DNA of 32,000 nucleotides from Nostoc punctiforme PCC 73102 (GTDB lineage: Bacteria > Cyanobacteriota > Cyanobacteriia > Cyanobacteriales > Nostocaceae), in assembly GCF_000020025.1 (NCBI RefSeq), contig NC_010628.1:2580001-2612000 (forward strand). Direction: 5' to 3'. Positions 9,339-17,159 of the stretch are shown here, one piece after another (within the stretch, counting starts at the first letter, position 1; every line of letters begins with the position of its first letter). The position numbers were made by a program, and so were the translations under genes. The notes below the pieces were generated by a model, which saw nothing but the letters and a program-made list of their open reading frames with translations, made no database searches and was not told the DNA's origin.

Positions 9339-10506
9339 ATGGCAAAAAAGTACATTGTTGACTTGAATGAAGATGAAGTTTCCCAACTGCAATCGATAAT
9401 TAAGAAAGGTAAGCATAAGGCAAGAACCATAAGCCGTGCAAACATTCTTTTGATGGCTTCCGAAGGAGAAACGGATCAAGCGATCGCTAGCATAGTTAGA
9501 GCGCATGTTGCAACAGTGCAACGAATACGAGAAAAATTTGTCATTGGAGGGTTAGATTTTGCTTTAAAGGATGAAGTTCATCCACCAAAACATAAAAAAT
9601 TAGATGAAAAGCAAGAAGCATTTTTGATTGCAACAGCTTGTTCTAATCCGCCAGAAGGAAGAGTGCGTTGGACAATGCAATTATTAGCAGATCATTTAGT
9701 GAACGTTGGTATCATAGATTCAATCTCAGATGAAACAGTACGTCAAACTTTAAAAAAAATGAAATTAAGCCTTGGTTGAAAGAACAATGGTGTATTCCTG
9801 AAGTTAACGCAGAATATGTTTTCCGAATGGAAGATGTGCTGGATTTATACAATGAGCCTTATGATCCTAAACGCCCTGTAGTCTGCTTTGATGAACGTCC
9901 ATACCAATTAGTAGAAGAAGTAAGACTTCCTTTGCCACCACAGCCAGAGCAACCTGAACGTTATGATTTTGAGTATAAACGTAACGGGACAGTAAATTTA
10001 TTCGCATGTTTTCAACCCTTGGCTGGATGGCGGCATATCGAAGTTACAGAACGTCGAACTAAAGCCGATTTTGCTAAACAAATGAAAAATTTAGTAGATG
10101 TTTCCTACCGAGATGCCGATGTTATTCGTTTAGTAGTTGATAACTTGAATATTCATACACCCAATGCATTATATGAAGTTTTTCCACCAGAAGAAGCACG
10201 TCGAATTATTCAAAAGTTAGAGTTTCACTATACTCCTAAACACGCTTCTTGGTGAGCCAGTGCGTTGGGCGGGTTCCCCGACTTGAAGCAACTGGCGAAC
10301 CCGAAGGGCTGAATCAGGTAGAAATCGAATTATCTGTTTTATCTCGCCAATGTTTAGAACGGCGTATTCCTAATGCAGAAACATTAACTTCTGAGATTGC
10401 CGCTTGGGAGAAAAAACGTAATCAGCAAAAAGCTAGTGTTTATTGGGGTTTTCAAACCAAAGATGCTCGCCGAAAAATGGAGCGTTTATATCCAAATTTA
10501 ACATAG
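9339..10506 (+). pseudogene. IS630-family transposase, split into three ORFs
   Basis: ORF1 (9339-9779) holds the HTH domains. ORF2 (9776-10255, frame -1) starts KEQWCIPE and carries the DDE core ([19 protein letters not shown]). ORF3 (10249-10506) carries LNQVEIELSVLSRQCLERRIP. Break 1 is at an A8 run. Break 2 is a 56-nt insertion between ...HYTPKHASW and LNQVEIE. Confidence 0.8.
10253..10308. repeat. 56-nt GC-rich insertion inside the IS630 transposase gene
   Basis: Removing 10253-10308 joins HYTPKHASW directly to LNQVEIELS, the conserved contiguous IS630 motif. The 56-nt length accounts for the observed +2 frame change. The insert contains the stems CGGGTTC/GAACCCG and GCCAGT/ACTGGC. Confidence 0.6.
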
Positions 10507-10531
10507 CAAAGTTAGCTTGGCAGACTACTAG

Positions 10532-10850
10532 TTAGTAGCATCGACATTGCTTTTGGCCAGGTAAATTACCTTTGTAGTATTAAAACTTTGGTTGCGCTAC
10601 CTGGAGCTACTAATGCTAGAGTCACCAGGGTAAAGGTTTGTGGGGAACGCCGCTACTAGAGCTGGGTGAGAATGGATGACTTGATTCATCCAGCATGAAG
10701 CGAACAAAGCGGCGAACAAACAGTTCCATTAATACTTTAAGAACATCAAAATTTGCCAAGGATAGCAGCATTCTTGAGAAACTTAACGGCAAAAGTCACA
10801 TTCCTATTAGTTACTGTTCTTACTTCAGAGATACGCATCTAAGTTAAAGT
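10532..10850 (+). pseudogene. probable decayed 3' remainder of the ISAs1-family transposase
   Basis: Short peptide stretches after the IS630 right end weakly resemble ISAs1 C-termini (LVASTLLLAR; SSINTLRTSKFAKDSSILEKL). Many stops; very degraded. Confidence 0.35.
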
Positions 10851-10887
10851 TTTCATACCCTAAAGGGGTAAAATTTTGGCTAAGACA

Positions 10888-12564
10888 ATGGCAACGTTTA
10901 CTGTTGGCGACTATTTATTGCTTCGTCTGGAGCAAATTGGCATCAAGCATATCTTTGGCGTTGCTGGAGACTACAATATGGAATTTCTCGACTATATTGT
11001 TAACCATAATGGCATCGAGTTAATTCCTACTTGCAACGAACTTAACGCATCCTATGCTGCCGATGGTTATGGTCGGCTCAATGGTATTGCGGCATTAATA
11101 ACTACCTTTGGTGTTGGTGAACTCAGTGCTATTAATGGTGTCGCTGGCGCTTATGCTGAACACGTTCCGGTTGTAGCGATTACTGGTGCTCCTGCAACTA
11201 AAATTCAAGCTCTTGGTTCACTTGTCCATCATACGCTTGGTACTGGTGATTTCTCAATGTTTGCCCGAATGTATGAACAGGTAACGGTGGCTCAAGCATA
11301 TTTAACAAACGAAAATGCAACAACGGAAATTGACGGAGTTTTAGGTATCTGTTTGCTGAAGAAGTTACCTGTTTATATTTCCATACCTATGGATGTTGCT
11401 CTCACAGAGGTGTCTGCACCGTCTGATTCCTTTATACCCCCAGTATTCCAGAGTGATGGCGCTACTTTAGCCGAAATAGTTGATGTCTGTGTAAACATAC
11501 TGGAAAAAGCTTCCCAACCTGTGATTCTTGCTGATATTGGTGTAGCTCGTTATCACTTGCATGAACAATTGCGAAAACTGCTAACAGCTACCGGATACCC
11601 TTATGCCACGATGAATATGGGAAAAGGATTGCTAGAAGAAACTCACCCCCAATTCATCGGTATATATAATGGTGCTGCCAGTGAGGAATCTGTCAGAAAA
11701 CGTATTGAGCAGGCTGATTGTGTTTTAACTATCGGTGCTTTGATGACTGATTTCAACACAGGCAAGTTTTCTGCCAAACTTGACCCCAGCCAAACTATTG
11801 AAGTGCATGGGCAGTATGTAAAAGTTAAACATGCTTTATACAACAATGTAGCTATGGCAGATGTGCTTTCTGCTTTAAGTCAACGGTTGCAGCGCCGCGA
11901 TCCTCAAACGCTAAACTTCAAATCAGCAACAGAGAATTTAGATGCTGGTTTTATAACGCCAATCGAAGGCGGCTCTTCGGCACCAATTACGCAGCAGTAT
12001 TTTTGGCATAGATTTGCTCATTTTCTCCAAGAAGATGACATTATCGTTGCTGAGACTGGAACTTGTTTGTTTGGTGCCTCTATCGTTCCTTTACCAAAAG
12101 GAGCTACTTTCGTTGGGCAAGTACTTTGGGGAGCGATTGGCTACTCTGTTGCTTCATTACTTGGTTGTGCGTTGGCGAAGCCCACCGCAGGTATCGCTGC
12201 ATCACAACGTCGCTCTATCCTACTGGTTGGTGACGGGTCTTTCCAAATGACTGCACAAGAACTTTCAACTATCTTACGGTATAACTTAAAACCGATTATT
12301 TTTTTGATCAACAATGATGGATATACTATAGAGCGTGATATTCATGGTGAACGTATGCCGTATAACGACATTCAACCTTGGAATTATCATCAGCTCCCTA
12401 AGGTTTTCGGTGGCAATGGCTGGGGAATTAAAGTTAGTACCGAATCCCAGTTAGATAAAGCATTACAAACAGCTCAACAAAACCATGACCAACTTGCTTT
12501 TATTGAGGTTGTGATGGATAAAATGGACAGTCCAGAGGTTCTGTTGAAGATGTTGCAGCAATAA
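10888..12564 (+). CDS. thiamine-diphosphate-dependent 2-keto-acid decarboxylase (indolepyruvate/phenylpyruvate/pyruvate decarboxylase family)
   Basis: N-terminus TVGDYLLLRLEQIGIKHIFGVAGDYNMEFLD, then NELNASYAADGYGR, and the ThDP-binding motif GDGSFQMT...NNDGYTIER. The ORF track opens at a TTG at 10876; I prefer the ATG at 10888. Confidence 0.85.
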   Translation: MATFTVGDYLLLRLEQIGIKHIFGVAGDYNMEFLDYIVNHNGIELIPTCNELNASYAADGYGRLNGIAALITTFGVGELSAINGVAGAYAEHVPVVAITGAPATKIQALGSLVHHTLGTGDFSMFARMYEQVTVAQAYLTNENATTEIDGVLGICLLKKLPVYISIPMDVALTEVSAPSDSFIPPVFQSDGATLAEIVDVCVNILEKASQPVILADIGVARYHLHEQLRKLLTATGYPYATMNMGKGLLEETHPQFIGIYNGAASEESVRKRIEQADCVLTIGALMTDFNTGKFSAKLDPSQTIEVHGQYVKVKHALYNNVAMADVLSALSQRLQRRDPQTLNFKSATENLDAGFITPIEGGSSAPITQQYFWHRFAHFLQEDDIIVAETGTCLFGASIVPLPKGATFVGQVLWGAIGYSVASLLGCALAKPTAGIAASQRRSILLVGDGSFQMTAQELSTILRYNLKPIIFLINNDGYTIERDIHGERMPYNDIQPWNYHQLPKVFGGNGWGIKVSTESQLDKALQTAQQNHDQLAFIEVVMDKMDSPEVLLKMLQQ

Positions 12565-12676
12565 AGCAACGTACTGCCTCGTCAACTCATCAGAGATTTG
12601 GGTATAAAGCAAGTATAAAGGTGTTGTTAATCTTGGAGTGACTGGTTTTGGAAACTCGCGCACGACCTGGGGAATG

Positions 12677-12738
12677 GGGTTGCGGGAAAAGGGGAAAGGA
12701 TGTATTTAAAACCTTTCCCCTTTTCCCGAACCGTATTG
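12677..12738. repeat. partial copy (inverted orientation) of the 2611-2721 MITE family
   Basis: The reverse complement, CAATACGGTTCGGGAAAAGGGGAAAGGTTTTAAATACATCCTTTCCCCTTTTCCC, aligns with the left half of the 2611 element. No second TIR was found. Confidence 0.55.
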
Positions 12739-12929
12739 GGCACACAGCCAACTAACTACTTAAATGCAATTGCTGCTCTGCATTCAACTAGTAATTCTTC
12801 CAAGGATGCTAGTGTGTTTGAGGAGGAGCAATGGCTACGCCAACACTACTAAGCGAATACGTTGGTGGTTCTTATAAGAAGATAACCAAAAGAATGTAAG
12901 CCGCAGCTATTCCGGTGTCGGGCGCATTT

Positions 12930-13337
12930 CTAACCAAGGTTTATTGCGCTTGGCTCCATGTATATAATTTCCCAAATGTGGCCATCTAAGTCAGCAAATC
13001 CATGCCCATACATAAAACCGTGATCTTGTGGTTCATTGTAGGTTGTTCCACCAGCGGTGACTGCCAAGCGAACCATTTCATCAACTTGTTCTCGGCTATC
13101 AAAAGATAAACATACGAGCACTTCTGTGCTTTTTGTAGCATCACAAATTTCCTTGGGAGTAAACATCTTAAACTTCTCATGCGTTAAGAGCATGACAAAG
13201 ATGCTTTCGGACACAATCATGCAGGTGGCAGTTTCATCAGTGAATTGAGAATTAAACTGGAAACCGAGTTGAGTAAAGAACTCTATCGATTGATTGAGGT
13301 TTTTGACTGGTAGATTGACGAAAATTTGAGTACTCAT
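12930..13337 (-). CDS. VOC (glyoxalase/bleomycin-resistance/dioxygenase) family protein
   Basis: Start chosen at the ATG at 13337, preceded by AAGGAG. MSTQIFVNLPVKNLNQSIEFFTQLGF...HGFADLDGHIWEI is typical of small VOC proteins. The longer tracked ORF overlaps the upstream gene. Confidence 0.8.
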   Translation of the reverse strand: MSTQIFVNLPVKNLNQSIEFFTQLGFQFNSQFTDETATCMIVSESIFVMLLTHEKFKMFTPKEICDATKSTEVLVCLSFDSREQVDEMVRLAVTAGGTTYNEPQDHGFMYGHGFADLDGHIWEIIYMEPSAINLG

Positions 13338-13414
13338 GGGTTCTCCTTTTGGATTGAAAGATCGGCGAAAAGGTTGAGAAGAAGATACCCGTAGGCGCTT
13401 CCCAAAATGACGGA

Positions 13415-13825
13415 TCAAGCAGTCTTTTGGCAGTTGATCATCCACGGAATGCCGAATTGATCGACCAACATTCCAAAGCGGACAGACCAGAAAGTTTGCT
13501 CGATCGGCATCTTCACCTTTCCATTTTCTGCTAATGCATGAAAGATGCGTTCTGCCTCCGCTGGCTCGTCAATGCCTAACTGCACGTAAAAGCCTTGAGG
13601 TGTTTCAAAGTGTTCCGGCGGACTGTCAGACCCCATCAATAATTGATCGCCCAGATCGAGGCAGACATGCATGATTTTGTCATGCCATTGAACTGGTACA
13701 TGTTCTGCTGTGGGGGCATCTCCATGAGTAAGCATCATGATGATTTTGCCGCCTAAATATTGTTCATAGAATTTGAATGCTGCTTTACAGTTGCCGTTGA
13801 AATTAAGATAAGAATTGATTTTCAT
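13415..13825 (-). CDS. VOC family protein (PhnB/YjdN-like)
   Basis: The internal ATG at 13825 gives MKINSYLNFNGNCKAAFKFYEQYLGG...FWSVRFGMLVDQFGIPWMIN, the conserved PhnB-like pattern. Confidence 0.8.
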   Translation of the reverse strand: MKINSYLNFNGNCKAAFKFYEQYLGGKIIMMLTHGDAPTAEHVPVQWHDKIMHVCLDLGDQLLMGSDSPPEHFETPQGFYVQLGIDEPAEAERIFHALAENGKVKMPIEQTFWSVRFGMLVDQFGIPWMINCQKTA

Positions 13826-13966
13826 GATGTGCTGTTTTGATTGGTTTATGATTGAGTTACAGGGCTTCCGGCTATTATGCAATACAGTTTTTCTCCTTGC
13901 CCTCTCCTATCAAAGCTTTCAGATTTGAGGATGTACCTCATAGCTGCCGGAAGTGGTGTAATTGAA

Positions 13967-14410
13967 CTATGGGTTGAGCGTAAATACGGCTTGAGAGGTA
14001 TGTGGATCAAATGGAACAGAGATATGTTCATGTAGGATCTGCCATTCATCTTGATGGCGCTGGCAGACAGCAGTGATCCGCATCCATGTCTGCATTGCTG
14101 GATGATCTACTTCTATTGATGTAAAGTGCGAGAGCCAGTGGGCAACCGCCAAGTCATCGTTGACTGTAATGTTGAGGTCTCGTGTTTCTATCTCAAAGGA
14201 GTCCGGGAAATAAGGCAAACACTCTGACCAAACTTGACGTAAAGCCTCTTTCCCATGTGTTTGGAATGGGGGTTTTATATCAAAGATGATGACCTCGGTA
14301 GCATAGTTCGACACGATCCGAGCGACATCCTTAGCGCAAATTGCCTCTTGTTGATCGGCAATGAGTTGGCGAATCTGAGCTTGGTTGGTTTTTATCGCGC
14401 TTTTTGTCAT
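13967..14410 (-). CDS. SnoaL-like / NTF2-fold (DUF4440-type) protein
   Basis: 147 aa with an AAGGAG-like RBS. The pattern IRQLIADQQEAICAKDVARIVSNYA...ITVNDDLAVAHW...RITAVCQRHQDEWQILHEH is typical of ketosteroid-isomerase-like NTF2 proteins. Confidence 0.75.
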   Translation of the reverse strand: MTKSAIKTNQAQIRQLIADQQEAICAKDVARIVSNYATEVIIFDIKPPFQTHGKEALRQVWSECLPYFPDSFEIETRDLNITVNDDLAVAHWLSHFTSIEVDHPAMQTWMRITAVCQRHQDEWQILHEHISVPFDPHTSQAVFTLNP

Positions 14411-14452
14411 TTAAGTATCTCCTTTTGATTTCAGGTTGAGCGCAGGCCCTAA

Positions 14453-15363
14453 GAGGGTGTTTGAAAAGTGAAAAGGGGTAAAAATTTATGCCAAACGCCG
14501 CACCATGATCCGAATCATGGCAAGGTAAATAAAATTCTCCGCAGTTTCCGGTAAAAGCTCATAGTCTTTATTCAACCGCCGACATCCAGTTAGCCAACCG
14601 AAAGTACGTTCGACAACCCAACGTTTAGGCAACAAAACAAAGCCTTTGCGTTCACGAGGTCGCAGCACGACTTGTACAACCCATCGGTAAAAATCCATCA
14701 CCCACTGCATAAAAGGGTTGCCATCGTAACCACCATCAACCCAGATAAGATTCAGGCGTGATACCTTGTCTCCCATCTGTTTGACCTTCTGGAGTAAAAG
14801 TTTCCCACCAGAGCGTTCATCGACACTAGCCGCACTCACCAACACCGGCAGTACTAGACCCAAAGTATCAACTGTCAAAAATCGCTTGCGTCCTTTGACC
14901 TTTTTGCCTGCATCGTATCCCACTTGTTGAGTGACCATCGCCGCAGTTTTCACACTTTGACTATCAATGATTGCTTCTGTTGGGCTGACTGCTCGCTCAT
15001 TGTTTACTCTCTCCCAGTCTCTGAGTTGATCATGGATACTTACCCATGTTCCATCTTTTCGCCAATTTCGGAAGTATGTGTATACCGTTTGCCAATTTGG
15101 CAAGTCTCCCGGTAAGTTTCGCCAAGTACATCCTTGCGTCAATACATAGAAAATAGCGTTGATTACTTGCCACATCTCTACCACTCTTGGACGACCACCT
15201 GTTTTGCCTACTGGAATTAACGGTTCTAATAATTCCCATTGGTCTTGGGTCAGGTTACTGGAGTATGCTTTACTCATCGCTCTCAATGGTGCTGTATCTA
15301 CTTATTTACAGCTTATGCCCTGAGAGCTTTTTTTACTCAACTTCCAACTTTTCAAACATCCTC
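14453..15363 (-). mobile_element. IS5-family insertion sequence, apparently intact
   Basis: The terminal inverted repeats are GAGGGTGTTTGAAAAGT (14453-14469) and ACTTTTCAAACATCCTC (15347-15363), matching at 16 of 17 positions. They are flanked by a direct TAA (14450-14452 and 15364-15366). There is a single uninterrupted transposase ORF. Confidence 0.85.
14486..15286 (-). CDS. IS5-family transposase
   Basis: 266 aa. LTQDQWELLEPLIP...GGRPR, DSQSVKT, IWVDGGYDG and VVERTFGWL..RRL.KDYE are hallmark IS5/IS1031-group motifs. The true start may be the second ATG (MSKAYSS, 15277). Confidence 0.9.
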   Translation of the reverse strand: MRAMSKAYSSNLTQDQWELLEPLIPVGKTGGRPRVVEMWQVINAIFYVLTQGCTWRNLPGDLPNWQTVYTYFRNWRKDGTWVSIHDQLRDWERVNNERAVSPTEAIIDSQSVKTAAMVTQQVGYDAGKKVKGRKRFLTVDTLGLVLPVLVSAASVDERSGGKLLLQKVKQMGDKVSRLNLIWVDGGYDGNPFMQWVMDFYRWVVQVVLRPRERKGFVLLPKRWVVERTFGWLTGCRRLNKDYELLPETAENFIYLAMIRIMVRRLA

Positions 15364-15719
15364 TAATGCTCTGGCAAACCTGCGACTTCAATTACGGGGC
15401 GAATTTCGACGGTGCCAACTTCTACTGCTGGAATCTGGGCAGCGATCGCGATCGCTGCATCGATATCTTGGGCATCGATCAGGAAGAACCCGCCCAATTG
15501 TTCGCGCGTTTCTGCAAACGGCCCGTCGGTTACAAGCGGTTTGCCATCACGCACCCGGACGCTAGTTGCCGTTGTGACAGGGTGAAGCGGGGCAGTAGCT
15601 AAATACTGCCCATTTGAGTTGAGTTGCTGTGCGAGCTGCGCGGATTTCACATAACAGTCTTCCCGTTCGGTTTCGCTCAGGGCATTTTCTTCCAAGTAAA
15701 TCAGCAGCACATATTTCAT
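15363..15719 (-). CDS. YciI-family (DGPF-domain) protein
   Basis: ATG at 15719 preceded by GGAGG. MKYVLLIYLEE...VTDGPFAETREQLGGFFLIDA contains the DGPF signature. The TAG stop (15363-15365) overlaps the last base of the IS5 element. Confidence 0.85.
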   Translation of the reverse strand: MKYVLLIYLEENALSETEREDCYVKSAQLAQQLNSNGQYLATAPLHPVTTATSVRVRDGKPLVTDGPFAETREQLGGFFLIDAQDIDAAIAIAAQIPAVEVGTVEIRPVIEVAGLPEH

Positions 15720-15734
15720 TGGCTTGCCTCCGTT

Positions 15735-15797
15735 GTTTTCCTTTGTGAGTAAGTCGAACCGCAATTGCTCAAATCGACACCTCGCCAAAAATTTTTT
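15735..15797. promoter_or_regulatory. copy A of a duplicated ~62-75 bp intergenic repeat carrying a candidate ECF-type promoter (minus strand TGTCGA-N16-TCGAC)
   Basis: Minus strand: TGTCGA (15779-15774), a 16-nt spacer, then TCGAC (15757-15753), ending 33 nt upstream of the yciI ATG. Copy B at 15829-15890 is near-identical. Confidence 0.45.
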
Positions 15798-15828
15798 TCA
15801 TTAGATACAATCGAGCTTTACCTGTTTT

Positions 15829-15890
15829 GTTTCCCTTTGTGAGTAAGTCGAATGGCAATTGCTCAAATCGACACCTCGCCAAAAATTTTT
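15829..15890. promoter_or_regulatory. copy B of the duplicated candidate ECF-type promoter repeat
   Basis: Carries the same TGTCGA-N16-TCGAC on the minus strand (15873-15847). On the plus strand, AGTCGA (15846-15851), N16, then TCGAC (15868-15872) ends 30 nt before the sigma-factor ATG at 15903. Confidence 0.45.
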
Positions 15891-15902
15891 TCAAAGTCAG
15901 CT

Positions 15903-17156
15903 ATGACCTCAAACGCACAATCAGATGTAACCCAAGCGATCGCCTCTCTTTATCGTGCTGAGTGGGGTAGGATTGTCGCCACACTCATCCGGCTGATTGG
16001 GGATTTCGATGTGGCTGAAGAGGCGGCGCAAGAAGCCTTTAGTGTGGCTGTTAATCAGTGGCAGTCCACGGGCATTCCCGATCTCCCCCGTGCGTGGATT
16101 ATCAAAACAGCTCGGTACAAAGCCATCGATCGCCTCCGCCGCCGGACGCGGCTGAAGGAAAAACTAGAATGGTATGCTATGTCTGGGTTAATCCCAACGA
16201 CCGAGGAGCCAACCTACGACACTGATGAAATTCCAGACGATCGGCTACGACTGATCTTCACCTGCTGCCACCCAGCACTGGCGATCGAGGCTCAGGTTGC
16301 TCTGACGCTGCGGATGCTGGGCGGACTTGAGACGGATGAAATTGCACGGGCATTTCTCGTACCCACGGCAACGATGGCGCAACGCCTAGTGCGTGCCAAG
16401 CGCAAGATTCGAGATGCAGGTATTCCCTATAAAGTGCCGGACACAAGCGATCTGTCTGCGCGGGTAGACGCAGTGCTGACAGCGATCTATCTGATTTTCA
16501 ACGAGGGCTACGCGGCGACTAGAGGCGAGACGATGGTGAAAGCTGACCTCTGCACAGAAGCGATTCGGCTGGGTCGTCTCGTGAGGATGTTGATGGCACC
16601 GCAACTGCCCTCAGAAGTGACTGCACTGGTTGCACTGATGTTGCTGCACGACTCCCGGCGCGATGCCCGTTTAGATGAAGCGGGCGATCTGGTGTTGCTC
16701 GAAGATCAGGATCGTCGTCGTTGGAACCAACAGCAGATTGCTGAGGCGTTGCCGCTCGTTGAAGAGGCACTGCGGGGCGGAACTGGCCCGTTTGGAGTGC
16801 AAGCTGCGATCGCGGCACTACATTGTCAGGCGGCACGGGCACAAGAAACGGACTGGTTACAAATTGTCCGCCTCTACGATTTGCTCGAACGCTTGCAGCC
16901 CTCGCCCATTGTGTCGCTAAACCGGGCGGTGGCAATCTCAATGGTAGACAGTCCTCAGACGGCGCTTGGACTTATCGATGAACTTGCCCCTCAGCTTGAT
17001 GGCTACCATCTATTTCACGCCGCCCGTGCCGATTTGCTGCGCCGCATCGGAGCCTCAGCGTCAGCCGCACAGAGCTACGGACTTGCGCTCGTGCTGGTAA
17101 AAAATGACAGCGAACGCCGCTTTCTGGAGCGTCGGCTGCGCGAAGTTCAACCCTAA
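15903..17156 (+). CDS. ECF sigma factor with long C-terminal TPR-like extension (ECF42-type / DUF6596-containing)
   Basis: YRAEWGRIVATLIRLIGDFDVAEEAAQEAF (region 2), LTLRMLGGLETDEIARAFLVPTATMAQRLVRAKRKI (region 4), then IFNEGY and a ~200-aa helical extension. I chose the ATG at 15903 because the tracked start at 15852 lies inside the promoter repeat. Confidence 0.85.
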   Translation: MTSNAQSDVTQAIASLYRAEWGRIVATLIRLIGDFDVAEEAAQEAFSVAVNQWQSTGIPDLPRAWIIKTARYKAIDRLRRRTRLKEKLEWYAMSGLIPTTEEPTYDTDEIPDDRLRLIFTCCHPALAIEAQVALTLRMLGGLETDEIARAFLVPTATMAQRLVRAKRKIRDAGIPYKVPDTSDLSARVDAVLTAIYLIFNEGYAATRGETMVKADLCTEAIRLGRLVRMLMAPQLPSEVTALVALMLLHDSRRDARLDEAGDLVLLEDQDRRRWNQQQIAEALPLVEEALRGGTGPFGVQAAIAALHCQAARAQETDWLQIVRLYDLLERLQPSPIVSLNRAVAISMVDSPQTALGLIDELAPQLDGYHLFHAARADLLRRIGASASAAQSYGLALVLVKNDSERRFLERRLREVQP

Positions 17157-17159
17157 TAT

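Larger units (their letters stand above)
9267..10531 (+). mobile_element. IS630-family insertion sequence (complete ends, disrupted transposase)
   Basis: The left end CTAGTAGTGTACCAAGGTAACTTTGCTA (9267-9294) matches the reverse complement of the right end TAGCAAAGTTAGCTTGGCAGACTACTAG (10504-10531) at about 24 of 28 positions. TA dinucleotides lie at both junctions. Transposase ORFs fill the interior. Confidence 0.85.

Noticed and set aside
15852-15902. Upstream ATG extending the sigma factor by 17 aa
   Set aside because: This ATG lies inside copy B of the duplicated promoter repeat, and copy A has CCG at the same place. The ATG at 15903 gives an N-terminus of typical length for this sigma family.
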